Origin: Candidatus Levyibacteriota bacterium | Lineage (GTDB): Bacteria; Patescibacteriota; Microgenomatia; Levybacterales; UBA12049 | Direction of reading: 5' to 3' | Length of the DNA: 64,000 nucleotides | Assembly (NCBI GenBank): GCA_963790825.1 | Contig: CAWBPM010000002.1 | Span: 167,159 to 231,158, forward strand | Shown: positions 1-10,567 of the stretch, one piece after another | How the letters are laid out: every line of letters starts with the position of its first letter | Position numbering within the stretch: the stretch's first letter is position 1 | Notes under the pieces: model-generated | What the model was told of the DNA's origin: nothing | The model's input: only the letters and a program-made list of their open reading frames with translations | The model's database searches: none | Made by a program: the position numbers and the translations under genes

Positions 1-1114
1 ATCTTTTTTCTTTTTAGGTTTGTAATCAGGATTAAGTAACCAACCGAAGTTTTTGTAGGTTTGAATTATGGCTTTATCAACTATAGCTTTTTCTTCTGCA
101 TTTAATCCACCAATCATTAAGGAAATAATTTCAGTTAAGTCCTGAACGTGTTCTGACAATTCACTCTCTCCGTTTTTAAGATTAATTGATAAATCAAATG
201 GATTTATTTTTTCTTTGGATTTGGCAGAGAGTTTGATATACGTTCCGTTTACAGAATTAGTTAGTTGCTTATACTCTCTTTCCGGATCAATAACAATTAC
301 TTTTGTTTGTTGCATCAGTTGTCTTAAGATTTCAACTTTTGCCGTATAACTCTTGCCACTTCCTGATTGAGCGAAAACTATTGAGTTTGCATTGTTTAAA
401 GAAAACCTATCAACGATTACAAGTGAGTTGTTTGATTTATTTATTCCATACAAAATTCCTGATTCCTGAACAAGTTCCGATGATACAAAAGGAAAAGTAA
501 GAGCTGCCGATGAACTATCTAAATTTCTCTTTTGTGCAAGTTGATTCTCTCCCCTAGGGAGTACGGATTGTAACCCTTCGAGCTGTTGAAAACTTGCTGT
601 TTTAATATAGAAGAGACGAGTGGACATTACTGTTTCTAAAAGTGTTGTGATTTTATTTAAATCAACCAAAGAGTCAGCGGTAATGGTTGTATAAATAGAA
701 ACTTGAAATAGTTTTTCCTGCCCTCTTTGGATTTTGTCTTTAAGCGCCATTGCTGATTCTAAAGGGTCCGTTATTTCACTTCCGATTACTTTTCCTTGTT
801 TTAACATTGATCTTTTTGTTGACTCAAGTTCAGTAATTTTTCGGTTTAATTTGGGTAGTGCAGAGACGGGTTCGACCTGTTCGATGTGGTAGGAAATATC
901 AACATTATAGTTAAAATTAACGAGCATATTTAGCCAACCAGTAGAAGCTACGTAAGGATAACCGGATATAAAAAGTGTACGCACAAATTTATCTCCCATT
1001 TGTAAGTAATTTGGTGCTTCCTCAAGTCCGGAATAGGAAATCAAATCCACTTGGTCTTGTTCGCCAAAGTTAAATTGAAAGTTGTTATTTTTACTTTGTT
1101 TTTTATTTATTGTT
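1..1114 (-). CDS. VirB4/TrbE/CagE-family type IV secretion ATPase, C-terminal ATPase part (3' end runs off window start)
   Basis: My translation of the minus strand from the ATG at 1114 gives MFKTINKK...GDKFVRTLFISGYPYV...VFAQSGSGKSYTAKVEILRQL (Walker A GxSGSGKS), with no stop before position 1. It is absent from the ORF track because it is partial. Confidence 0.75.
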
Positions 1115-1732
1115 TTAAACATAAGCTTCTTTCATTAATTTAAAAGTCTCTGATTTTAATTCCTGTGTTTTAGTTTGAGATGAATTATAAAAGCCGTAAA
1201 ATAAATCAAGTATTTCTAAAGAATTAAGAAGACATGCTTTCATTCCTAATTTTTCTAAGCCTCTTAAAATAATGTCTCTTTGTAAGTGCATCTGTTCTTT
1301 AATAATTTCAAAGTCATTAGTTTTATCTATGGGTGTATATGGAATAACAACATAAAATCTTCTTGCCAAAATCTTGTTTCCGATAACTAACTTTTGAATA
1401 AATTCCTGATAGTTATCAATTTGATTTTTATATACTTTTTCTCTTTCTCGTGTTTTACTTTCTCCGACTCTTTCTAAATAATTATCAATGTCTACTTCCC
1501 TTATTCTTATTAAAATCTGTAAAGAACTTGGTAATGAATTTAAAAAGTTTTGAAAGTTATCGATTAAAACATCCTGCTCTTCCTCACTCTTTAATTCAAA
1601 GTTAATACTTGATGTTTCAATCACCATTCTAAATTGGTTATCGGGAAGAATTAAAATATTGTCTTTAACTTCCTTAATTTGTATCTGTCTTCGGGATGAG
1701 ATTTTACTGTTCGATTTTGTTAGCAACCACAT
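1115..1732 (-). CDS. VirB4-like N-terminal domain fragment; probably the same VirB4 gene split by a +1/-1 frame change
   Basis: The 205-aa ORF ends with a TAA that overlaps the ATG of the downstream ATPase ORF (ATGTTTAA). The combined length of ~580+ aa is typical for VirB4, and the N-terminal region resembles VirB4 N-domains. Confidence 0.45.
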   Translation of the reverse strand: MWLLTKSNSKISSRRQIQIKEVKDNILILPDNQFRMVIETSSINFELKSEEEQDVLIDNFQNFLNSLPSSLQILIRIREVDIDNYLERVGESKTREREKVYKNQIDNYQEFIQKLVIGNKILARRFYVVIPYTPIDKTNDFEIIKEQMHLQRDIILRGLEKLGMKACLLNSLEILDLFYGFYNSSQTKTQELKSETFKLMKEAYV

Positions 1733-2222
1733 ATAACCCTCCCTTCTTTGTCGGTTTTACACTTAAACTGTAATTTGGATTTTTAATAAAGTTTTTAATC
1801 CTTATTGAATCCTGTATGTCGGGAAGCTTTGCTTTTAGTTTTGCCTCATTTGTGAGAATTGCTTTTTCTAAAAGCTTTGCATGATTCTTATGAGTTTTTG
1901 GTAGAACAATATCTCTTAGAAATATATCGTTTTTATTAAAGACATAGTATTTTGCTCTTACGTTATATGTAAATAAAATTACTAGCCAACTTAAAACAAC
2001 CTTACCTTTAATCCTTAAGGAAAGAATCAAGGAGATTAGAAGAACTATTAAAACCAATGCAATCTTATATACCTCAATATGCATTCTCGGGGGTAGAACG
2101 GCATAGGCAATGGTAGTAAAAATAACGGGAACCATAAGAAGCATTACCTGAGTCATATTTAAGCTTCCTGCGATCTTATCCTCAACTGTTGTTATCTGAG
2201 CCGGAATAACTGTTGTTCTCAT
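1704..2222 (-). CDS. small polytopic membrane protein, possibly VirB3/PrgI-like T4SS component
   Basis: 172 aa with two to three hydrophobic helices, located immediately upstream of VirB4 in the same operon and overlapping its start. Confidence 0.35.
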   Translation of the reverse strand: MRTTVIPAQITTVEDKIAGSLNMTQVMLLMVPVIFTTIAYAVLPPRMHIEVYKIALVLIVLLISLILSLRIKGKVVLSWLVILFTYNVRAKYYVFNKNDIFLRDIVLPKTHKNHAKLLEKAILTNEAKLKAKLPDIQDSIRIKNFIKNPNYSLSVKPTKKGGLYVVANKIEQ

Positions 2223-3508
2223 GCTCTTACCACCCTTCTGGGAGTTTTGACAGAACTTTTTGAAGCAGCTGCTGCTCCGCCTGTTGAACCATCTGTTGAA
2301 ATAACATTTATGATCTGCCCTCCTAATTTTCTAACTGCGTTATTTCCCGTTGTATACATAATCATCTGCATCATTAAAGACGGAGTCTTAAGTAAGGTAA
2401 AGAAAAGTCCGATTGCTATAGCAATCGATAAAATTGAGTTATTAGTGTTTTCAGGTAGAGTTAAGAATGAAGCAGCTAACTGAATAACTACTACGTGGAT
2501 AAAGACTATAAAAACTGTAACCACATATGATTTAACCGCTATCTCAGCAAAGTCTGAGAATCTTGGAATTATCCAAAGTAGAAAGATAAACGGTGAAAGT
2601 ACGGCAAAAAGTGAAATCATAATCAGTCTTGAGATGTACATTAATAAAAGGACTATTGCGATAATGAGAAAAAGAAGCAGAAAAATAAGTGTAATTATGG
2701 GTACGTTATTACCCACTACGTTTTGCAGGGTTATAGCATTAACTATCCAAGCATGATTTAATCCTCCGGTTGAATCCAGTATCGCTTTAACTAATGCGTT
2801 GCAAGTTACAATTGTGTAGTCAGCTAAGAAAAGTGAAACGTTTGCTCCTAAAAATGCCAGTCCTATCTTGGGCAAGAGTTGTTTTAGTTCTATTTCATCA
2901 AAACCTAAGGTAGAGGCACTCATAAAGTGAAGTCCTAGTAATGCTACAACTACGACAAAAAGTGAATCAACAATACCCAAAATTACCAGCCAGAATTTAA
3001 GGATGACTGAGTTATTCAAAAGCGTGGGAGTAGTTGTTAAAAAACCCATAATCCCGTCAACAATCGGTTTGGTAGCGCTTTCGACTATATTTTGAAGAAA
3101 AGAAGAGACTGCATCTATCAGAACTTGGGTTAATCCGTCAGCGGGTTTTACTGAAGTAATGGGAGCAATATTTATGGCACTAGTCGTTGTAGAGCCAGTT
3201 GAGCTATTGAAAGCATTACTTAGAATGGAAACAAAAAGCGATGCTCCTAGGACTATTACAAGACCAATAAGGGCATTTCTGATAGTCTTCTTGGCATTTT
3301 CTAAGGAATCAGGTTTTCCGCTTGACGTTATATACTGATAGCCTCCCTTGACTAAAAAAAAGACCGCCGAAGCGGTCGCAATCAAGGTAATCATACCTAA
3401 GGTATTACTCGTATACTGCGTGATATCCGAAGACACCGCATATGCCGGAGTTACGGCAATCAGTGAGTATGGCAGTAATAAGCCAATTATACTTAGTAAC
3501 TTTTTCAT
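2219..3508 (-). CDS. fusion protein: VirB2/TrbC-like pilin N-terminal domain plus VirB6/TrbL-like multi-TM domain
   Basis: The N-terminus (signal peptide ...TPAYA, then GGYQYITSSGKPDSLENAKKTIRNALIGLVIVLGASLFVS) is paralogous to the adjacent 112-aa pilin (GGFGYITSSGNPEKLDQSKKTIMYSGIGLAIVLGAFVLSS). The remaining ~300 aa contain six or more TM helices, as in VirB6/TrbL. Confidence 0.55.
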   Translation of the reverse strand: MKKLLSIIGLLLPYSLIAVTPAYAVSSDITQYTSNTLGMITLIATASAVFFLVKGGYQYITSSGKPDSLENAKKTIRNALIGLVIVLGASLFVSILSNAFNSSTGSTTTSAINIAPITSVKPADGLTQVLIDAVSSFLQNIVESATKPIVDGIMGFLTTTPTLLNNSVILKFWLVILGIVDSLFVVVVALLGLHFMSASTLGFDEIELKQLLPKIGLAFLGANVSLFLADYTIVTCNALVKAILDSTGGLNHAWIVNAITLQNVVGNNVPIITLIFLLLFLIIAIVLLLMYISRLIMISLFAVLSPFIFLLWIIPRFSDFAEIAVKSYVVTVFIVFIHVVVIQLAASFLTLPENTNNSILSIAIAIGLFFTLLKTPSLMMQMIMYTTGNNAVRKLGGQIINVISTDGSTGGAAAASKSSVKTPRRVVRA

Positions 3509-3529
3509 AAGATTAAGAAATAGAACTTT

Positions 3530-3865
3530 TTAGTGTCCTGCTCCGAAAGCTGATGTTGCTAACTGCGTTACTATGCTGCTTAAGACAAACGCTCCTAAAA
3601 CTATTGCAAGCCCAATCCCTGAATACATAATTGTTTTTTTCGATTGATCCAATTTTTCAGGATTGCCACTGCTTGTTATATATCCGAATCCTCCCCAGAC
3701 GAAAAATCCAACAGATACAGCTCCTGCTAAAGTAATCATCACCTGAACGATACTTTCGATAAATGACTGTATTTGGGAAACTCCGCCGGTAGTTTGGGCA
3801 AATGCAGGAGAAGTCGCTATAAGCGAGGTTAAAAGAACCGCTGACAACATTATTGCTTTTTTCAT
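3530..3865 (-). CDS. VirB2/TrbC-like T4SS pilin precursor
   Basis: Signal peptide MKKAIMLSAVLLTSLIATSPAFA followed by two hydrophobic helices with a Gly-rich turn. The track ORF is longer (to 3925), but the ATG at 3865 sits 7 nt after a GGGGGTG Shine-Dalgarno sequence. Confidence 0.6.
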   Translation of the reverse strand: MKKAIMLSAVLLTSLIATSPAFAQTTGGVSQIQSFIESIVQVMITLAGAVSVGFFVWGGFGYITSSGNPEKLDQSKKTIMYSGIGLAIVLGAFVLSSIVTQLATSAFGAGH

Positions 3866-4037
3866 ACTCACACCCCCTTTCGTACAAAAAAACTGCCCCG
3901 TGAGGCAGTTGTCTACAAATACCAATTAATTGAGAACAATATACGAAAATAAGTCGAACATGTCAAGGGGAGAATTATGGGTTGTATAATGAAAGACTTT
4001 TAAATAATTTTCTAAAGTGATAGAATCAAATTAAATT

Positions 4038-5891
4038 ATGTCTGATGCATATCTTAATAAGTTAGAAATTGTATTAAGAAAAGATGAAAGACTTGTAGCT
4101 GAAAATGGTCGATTACTCAAGGTGAAAATCGCTGAGGTTGCACGAGCACTTGATCCAGAATTAATTAAATTACTCCTAAATGAAAAAGAATTAAAAAAGT
4201 TGTTTTTTACACAAGTTGACTCAGTATTAGTTTTTAATAAAGATAAGTTTGTAGCATTTGTAGAAAACGAGGCTTTTCTTCCGGACAGTTATACAGCTTA
4301 TAAAAATAAAATTGGACTTGCTACAGATAGGAATGATTTTATTTCTGATCGCAATGAAGTTGTCTTAAATTGGCCATATAAAGATTGCGTATTAGAAGGT
4401 GGTCAGGATAAGGAAGATCAAAAAAGGAATGAAATATTTTGGAATGATGTTCTAGGAGCAGATCAGCGAGATGTATTACTTGCTCCAAAAGTTCTTACAG
4501 GATTTAAGCGTTATGATAAAGATGGAGAACATAATATTACAGAAATTAAAGAAAATGAAAATTTAATTATTAAAGGCAACAATCTCCTTACACTCTTCAC
4601 TTTAAAGAAACGTTACTCAGGTAAAGTGAAGCTAATTTATATTGACCCACCATATAATACCGGCAACGATGGGTTCAACTACAATGACAATTTCAATCAT
4701 TCATCATGGCTAGTATTTATGAAAAATAGGCTAGAAATAGCTAAACAGTTATTAAGCGATGATGGGTTGATTTTTGTGCAGGCAGATTATAACGAAGCCC
4801 ATTATCTAAAAGTATTATTAGACGAAGTTTTTGGAAGAGATAAGTTTATTAATGAAATTATATGGAAAAGAAAATTTGGGACTGCGAATGAAACAAGAAG
4901 ATTCGCTACGGCATTTGATAACATATATTTATATTCTAAAACAAATAATTATAAAATCAATTTAATCAAAGAGAAATATTCGAAACATGTTCAAGAATAT
5001 ATTAAATCCCGATTTACCAGGAAAGATAAATCAGGTCCACATACTGGTCGTTTATGGATGCCGTATCCATTAGCAAACCCAGGAGCAGCAACTAAAAATC
5101 TTTCGTACGAATACAAAGGATATACCGCCCCGCCTAAGGGTTGGAGAATGACAAAAAATGCATTGGAAAAAATGGATAAGGAGGGAAGATTGTACTTCCC
5201 AGAAAACAAAAGTCAAAGAATGCAAGAAAAAAAGTTTTTAGATGAGTATGATGGGCAACCAGTAGATACACTATGGACAGATATTTATGTAATCAATTCA
5301 CAATCTGGCGAAGCGTTAGACTTTGATGGGCAAAAACCAGAAGATCTGCTGAGAAGAATAATATTGATTGGGACAGATCCTGGAGAAATAGTCTTAGATT
5401 TTTTTATTGGCTCTGGTACGACTTGTGCCGTTGCTCATAAGATGGGTAGACAATACATAGGAGTAGAACAACTCTATTATGGTGAGACAGATAGTCTTGA
5501 GCGTTTGCAAAAAGTTATCAAGGGAGACCAGTCCGGAATTTCAAAGATAGTTGGATGGAAGGGGGGAGGTAGCTTTGTGTCTGCTCATTTAAAAAATGAT
5601 GTTAATGTATTTATTGAAGAAGTTAATAACGCAAAAACAAACAAAGAGCTATTGGACTTATTGCATACAGTTAAAACATCAAATTTTTTAAGTTACCGCG
5701 TGGATTTAGAAAAATTACATGAAGATGAGTTTGAGAAACTTCCCGAAGAACAAAAAAAAAGACTACTAATTGAATTAGTGGATAAAAATAAATTGTATGT
5801 TAACTATCACGATATAGACGACGAAAATTATAAAATAGATACAAATACTAAGAAGCTGAACCACTGGCTGCAAACCAGAAATAGAGAATGA
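4038..5891 (+). CDS. mod: Type III restriction-modification system Mod subunit (N6-adenine DNA methyltransferase)
   Basis: Motif IV YIDPPYNTGNDGFNYND lies upstream of the SAM motif FIGSGTT (beta-class order). The gene overlaps res by ATGA. Confidence 0.85.
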   Translation: MSDAYLNKLEIVLRKDERLVAENGRLLKVKIAEVARALDPELIKLLLNEKELKKLFFTQVDSVLVFNKDKFVAFVENEAFLPDSYTAYKNKIGLATDRNDFISDRNEVVLNWPYKDCVLEGGQDKEDQKRNEIFWNDVLGADQRDVLLAPKVLTGFKRYDKDGEHNITEIKENENLIIKGNNLLTLFTLKKRYSGKVKLIYIDPPYNTGNDGFNYNDNFNHSSWLVFMKNRLEIAKQLLSDDGLIFVQADYNEAHYLKVLLDEVFGRDKFINEIIWKRKFGTANETRRFATAFDNIYLYSKTNNYKINLIKEKYSKHVQEYIKSRFTRKDKSGPHTGRLWMPYPLANPGAATKNLSYEYKGYTAPPKGWRMTKNALEKMDKEGRLYFPENKSQRMQEKKFLDEYDGQPVDTLWTDIYVINSQSGEALDFDGQKPEDLLRRIILIGTDPGEIVLDFFIGSGTTCAVAHKMGRQYIGVEQLYYGETDSLERLQKVIKGDQSGISKIVGWKGGGSFVSAHLKNDVNVFIEEVNNAKTNKELLDLLHTVKTSNFLSYRVDLEKLHEDEFEKLPEEQKKRLLIELVDKNKLYVNYHDIDDENYKIDTNTKKLNHWLQTRNRE

Positions 5892-8509
5892 ATGTAGACC
5901 CACTTTATAAACAATTTGATAGTGCTAAAGCTGGCGGTTTTGTAAGTTTTGATAAACCTATATCAGATCATATCGTAAAAAACATTAACCAACGTATTGA
6001 GCTCCGTCCCTATCAGAAAGAAGCGATTAATCGTTATTTGTATTACCTAGACAGTTATCAGAATCGTGTTCTTTATAACAGAAATTTACTCTTTAACATG
6101 GCTACGGGATCTGGTAAGACTCTTATTATGGCAGCATTAATACTAGATCTTTATAAGAGAGGATATAACAAGTTTGTTTTTTTTGTTAATAGAGATAATA
6201 TAATACAAAAAACTATAGAGAATTTTATTAATCCAGAATCAAATAAATATTTATTTGCAGATGTAATTAATATAAATGGTTATCAACCAATAATACGTAC
6301 AGCAAGTACACTAAATATTGATGACAAGTTAGATATTTATATACACTTCACAACCATACAAAAGCTTCATGGAGATTTGTTAACCCCAAAGGAAAATAGC
6401 CTAACACTCGAAGATATTATTGATGAAAAAATAGTTTTGCTTTCAGATGAAGCCCACCATATAAACTCTTGGACATTGAACGGAAATCTAAGCAAAGAAG
6501 AGTCGCTTGAAAAAAATACATGGGAACATAGTGTTTCTAAAATTTTTCATCACAATCCTCTTAATATGTTACTTGAATTCACCGCAACAATTGACGAAAA
6601 TAACCCTTTAATCTTGGATAAATATCACGATTTACTTTTATTTAAATATGATTTGAAACAATTCAGAAATGATAAATACTCTAAGGAAATTATTCTTTAT
6701 ACAGTGGACGACGATATAAAACAACGAATGCTACAAGCAATACTAATTAGTCAATATCGTCGTAAGATTGCCGAAAAGCATGGAAAATTTTTAAAGCCGG
6801 TCATTTTATTCAAATCTAAACTTATCGCTGATTCTAAAATAAATCGAGACATGTTTGTAGAAATGATTAAGCACTTAAAAATTCAAGACGTTAGTAAAGC
6901 AATTTTAACTGATACTCCAGCGATAAAAAAATTAGCATTATATCTGAGCGAAAATAATATCTCATTAGAAAACTTTATCGATGAACTTAAGATAGAGTTT
7001 TCAGAAGAACGCATAGCAGATGTGAATGATGAAAAAGAAATACAAAATCTTCAGATAGGTCTAAACAGCTTGGAAGATGAGGATAATCAGTTAAGAGTAA
7101 TATTTGCGGTAGAAAAATTGAATGAAGGTTGGGATGTGCTAAATTTATTCGACATAGTACGTCTTTATGAAACTCGTGATGGACAGTATGGTCGAGGCGG
7201 AGAATACAAGCCAGGTAAAACAACAATTAGTGAAGCGCAATTAATTGGGCGAGGTGCAAGATATTGGCCATTTACACTTAGTAGTGGTCAAATAAAAGAT
7301 CAGCGAAAGTACGATAAAGATTTAGATAATGAACTGCGCATGCTTGAGGAGCTGTATTATCACTCGAAACGAGACACGGATTATTTAATAGAGATTAGAG
7401 CAGCCCTAACCAAAGAGGGTTTAATGGATGCAAGGGATCCAAAAACTGTTACCTTAAAACTAAAAGAATCATTTAAAAAAACAACCACTTATCAGAAGGG
7501 AGTAGTTTATGTAAATGAATTAATAGATAATCTAAATGAAGACAAAAAAAGTATATCTGATTACCTATCTCAAAGTTTACAGTTTAATGTAAAACTTGCA
7601 ACACATATAGCAACTACTGGTATAGCTTTCGAAGAAGTAAATCTTGCTACCGACTTAGATTTAAGATCTAAGCTTATAAAAGTAGCAGATATCCCCCGCC
7701 ATGTAATACAGAAAGCATTAGATAAAAACTATAAATTTTATGGGTTTAATAATCTTAAGCATTACTTACCACATTTAAAAACAAAGGATGATTTTATAAT
7801 CATGCTTTCAAATATTTCTATAAAAATAACAGGTATAAAAGAGTATATTGAAAAACCAAATAACGAAACCTATTTGATGATAATTGAGCAAGTATTAAAT
7901 GACATTAGCAGTAATATCGAAACTTCTGTTTCGCCAAAAATTGGGTCAAAACAATTTATTCCTGTATTGTTAAAAGATATTTTTAAGTCCGAGAAAAAAA
8001 TAATTGTTGAGAACACATTGGGTAGTTTAGGGTTTCCTATGAGCGAAGAACGTGAAATTTTAAGGCTAGATTTATCAACTAAAGAATGGTATGCCTACGA
8101 AGAAGATTATGGTACAAGTGAGGAAAAGAATCTAATACAATATATAAATAATCGTGTCGATGAGCTACATGAACGTTGGTCCGAATTATTTTTAGTTCGA
8201 AACGAAAAAGATCTGAAGTTATTTAGTTTTAAAGACGGTTCTTTATTCATGCCAGATTATTTACTACTACTAAGAGCGACTGATGGGCAAGTTGATTCAT
8301 TTCAAGTGTTTATTGAATCAAAAGGGGAACATCTCGAGTTAGGTGAACAATGGAAAGAGGATTTTCTATTGCAATTAGAAACAATGTCTCAACCTATTGA
8401 TGAATTAGGAAGCAAGGCCGAAGGCATTAGAATTATTGGTATGCCCTTTTATCGTGAAGATAAAGAAGCTGAATTTAATGATGTATTCGACGAAAAGTTA
8501 AAATTATAA
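5888..8509 (+). CDS. res: Type III restriction enzyme Res subunit (SF2 helicase-nuclease)
   Basis: Carries the LRPYQKEAI, ATGSGKT (motif I) and LSDEAHH (motif II) motifs. It is 873 aa and translationally coupled to mod by a 4-nt overlap. Confidence 0.85.
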   Translation: MNVDPLYKQFDSAKAGGFVSFDKPISDHIVKNINQRIELRPYQKEAINRYLYYLDSYQNRVLYNRNLLFNMATGSGKTLIMAALILDLYKRGYNKFVFFVNRDNIIQKTIENFINPESNKYLFADVININGYQPIIRTASTLNIDDKLDIYIHFTTIQKLHGDLLTPKENSLTLEDIIDEKIVLLSDEAHHINSWTLNGNLSKEESLEKNTWEHSVSKIFHHNPLNMLLEFTATIDENNPLILDKYHDLLLFKYDLKQFRNDKYSKEIILYTVDDDIKQRMLQAILISQYRRKIAEKHGKFLKPVILFKSKLIADSKINRDMFVEMIKHLKIQDVSKAILTDTPAIKKLALYLSENNISLENFIDELKIEFSEERIADVNDEKEIQNLQIGLNSLEDEDNQLRVIFAVEKLNEGWDVLNLFDIVRLYETRDGQYGRGGEYKPGKTTISEAQLIGRGARYWPFTLSSGQIKDQRKYDKDLDNELRMLEELYYHSKRDTDYLIEIRAALTKEGLMDARDPKTVTLKLKESFKKTTTYQKGVVYVNELIDNLNEDKKSISDYLSQSLQFNVKLATHIATTGIAFEEVNLATDLDLRSKLIKVADIPRHVIQKALDKNYKFYGFNNLKHYLPHLKTKDDFIIMLSNISIKITGIKEYIEKPNNETYLMIIEQVLNDISSNIETSVSPKIGSKQFIPVLLKDIFKSEKKIIVENTLGSLGFPMSEEREILRLDLSTKEWYAYEEDYGTSEEKNLIQYINNRVDELHERWSELFLVRNEKDLKLFSFKDGSLFMPDYLLLLRATDGQVDSFQVFIESKGEHLELGEQWKEDFLLQLETMSQPIDELGSKAEGIRIIGMPFYREDKEAEFNDVFDEKLKL

Positions 8510-8529
8510 ATTTGACTTCTTAGCCACAA
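8509..8529 (+). promoter_or_regulatory. copy 1 of recurring 21-bp motif AATTTGACTTCTTAGCCACAA (contains a TTGACT -35-like hexamer)
   Basis: Identical core found at 13913..13933 and, with a 2-nt insertion, at 10670..10690. All three copies are intergenic and in the same orientation. Confidence 0.45.
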
Positions 8530-8863
8530 AATAGTATTTTGTATTATGTTATGAGAAAGCTTTCAACAAATGATTTAAATAAATTAGTTAATGTTAAAAA
8601 AAGGCTTGAGCAGAAATCTGCTAATAATAAACATATCCATAAATTGAGAGAAGTGTTAATTCCTCCACATCCGGGTTTTGGGATATTTAATACAAAAACG
8701 ATTGAAGTATGCTTTGAATGTGGCTTTATAAAATGAACGCGTCCTCTAAATGAGAATTGTTACAAATATATTCAATGTCAAAGAAAAATTAAACCCATTT
8801 TAATAAAACAAAATTTGATTTCCTTGTCATTGAAGGGAATCTTTTTCAGATTAAAATAATTTT

Positions 8864-10567
8864 CTAATCTAATTTATATTTAAAGGTTTTATTAGATTTT
8901 AAATTTAGTCTGTTTTTAATAACTTGTATATTTTTATTTAAGTTGTCTCTAGTTTCTTGATCTATTCCATTCCAAAACTCTTCGTATCTTTCCGAGAAGA
9001 ATAAGGATGTTAACGCTCTTTTAACATCCTGCGTTTCCATTAATTTACACAAACGATCTTTATCGATCGCAGAAAAAATCTTTTCTAATTTTATCTCCTG
9101 AGATTTTTTATCTAGATACTTTTTCCAATTCTTGCTTTCTTCGTCTCCAAAAAATTTCTTGTATTTTACTACGGCTTGTTCACCAGCCTCATCGCCGTCA
9201 AAAAAGGCTAGGTATTTTTTGGACGCACCAATAGCTATGCTTATTAAATATTCATTTTGTCCTGCCCCAAATCCTGGCAATATAACAATATTTTTAGTTA
9301 ACATACGCCAAAAATAGAAATCTGTTATTCCTTCAGTAACCATTACTTTTTGCTTCAATACGCTTCCAATCGGAATTTTCATTCTTAAAGCATTATAAAG
9401 AGTAGATAAAGCACCCATATGTTTTTTTTCTCCAGCCTGAGCAAGAGGTATAAATCGAATTTCCCTATCATTCTTTTCAACAATTTTTATATTATTTATA
9501 TTTATTATTTCTGGATCCAACAGAAATTCTGAATGAGTGGAGTAGATAACCGAATGAGTTTTTGCTAAATCACTGACAGCCTTTAAAAGTACGCTTTGCG
9601 CGCCGTTATGCAAATAAGAACCTGGTTCATCAAATAGATAGATAAATTTTTCCTCCCCCCGTGCTCCAAAACATTTCTTAGCGCTGAAATTAAAAAACCA
9701 TCTAAAGCCTAAGCTTCTTTCTCCTAGAAGCATGGATGTTTTATGTTCTTTTTTACTTTCATCCATGAACTTTTCAACAATGTTAATATCTATTGCATGA
9801 TTATTTTGTCTATTTTGTTGAAGATTTATTTCTAAGTCCGCTACTGAAGATAATTCTAGGTCATCTGCTTTAAAATGCATCTTTTTCCAATCATCTATTA
9901 ACTTTGCTGTGATATTTCTATTTACTTCTGAAATAATAGTATCTTTTGTATTCTCATCAGTTTCGTCGAGAAACTTTTTCAAATCGTGACTAGAATCAGT
10001 AAACATACCCTCAACAATCACCTGGTGTTCGTTAAGTTGAAAATTAGGATCGCTAAAATATTCTGGAGGAAAATCTACTAGATTGGGAAATTGGTTTTCC
10101 AGAAAATTGTCGAAATAAAATATTTTAGGAAGTTTTGCAATTATTTCTTTAGCAATGCGCTCTACAAGATCGCTTTCTTGATCTGCAATTCTATATCTTC
10201 TTAATGCGGGATTGGAGTCCTTTCTGAATATTCTTTTAATAATTAGGTCTGTAGTCAAAAGACTAGATATCTGGCTTGTTTCTTCCTCAATCAAAGTATC
10301 TAAAAAAGGTTGAATTTCGGCTTGCGAAAAATCTATTTCAGCAGCGACAATGAATTCGTTTTCTGTGGGAAGATATCTGTTTACAAATTTCCATTCTCTC
10401 TGATCCGCGATTGGATCGTTTCTATAGTCAAAATGAGCAATTGCTTCCAGTCCAGAGCTCTTCCCAGATTCGTTTACTCCAATAATAGGCATTGGTTCTT
10501 TTAGAACAGCAATGGACGAATCTTTTATCGCTTTGTATTTCTCTATGTTAAAGCGCTTATAATTCAT
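8864..10567 (-). CDS. OLD-family ATP-dependent nuclease (N-terminal ABC-type ATPase plus C-terminal Toprim); GajA-like
   Basis: Walker A PIIGVNESGKSS near the N-terminus. The C-terminus carries the Toprim-like MVTEGITDFYFWR...FDGDEAGEQA motif. The 567-aa length matches class-1 OLD/GajA. Confidence 0.65.
   Translation of the reverse strand: MNYKRFNIEKYKAIKDSSIAVLKEPMPIIGVNESGKSSGLEAIAHFDYRNDPIADQREWKFVNRYLPTENEFIVAAEIDFSQAEIQPFLDTLIEEETSQISSLLTTDLIIKRIFRKDSNPALRRYRIADQESDLVERIAKEIIAKLPKIFYFDNFLENQFPNLVDFPPEYFSDPNFQLNEHQVIVEGMFTDSSHDLKKFLDETDENTKDTIISEVNRNITAKLIDDWKKMHFKADDLELSSVADLEINLQQNRQNNHAIDINIVEKFMDESKKEHKTSMLLGERSLGFRWFFNFSAKKCFGARGEEKFIYLFDEPGSYLHNGAQSVLLKAVSDLAKTHSVIYSTHSEFLLDPEIININNIKIVEKNDREIRFIPLAQAGEKKHMGALSTLYNALRMKIPIGSVLKQKVMVTEGITDFYFWRMLTKNIVILPGFGAGQNEYLISIAIGASKKYLAFFDGDEAGEQAVVKYKKFFGDEESKNWKKYLDKKSQEIKLEKIFSAIDKDRLCKLMETQDVKRALTSLFFSERYEEFWNGIDQETRDNLNKNIQVIKNRLNLKSNKTFKYKLD

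Noticed and set aside
2247-2483. Numerous 60 to 130-aa ORFs antisense to or embedded in long genes (e.g. 2247..2483, 3657..3887, 4991..5209, 6987..7226, 9132..9317, 33319..34036, 34948..35262, 59412..60851)
   Set aside because: Each is fully overlapped by a long ORF with clear homology on the other strand or frame, and is treated as a frame artefact.
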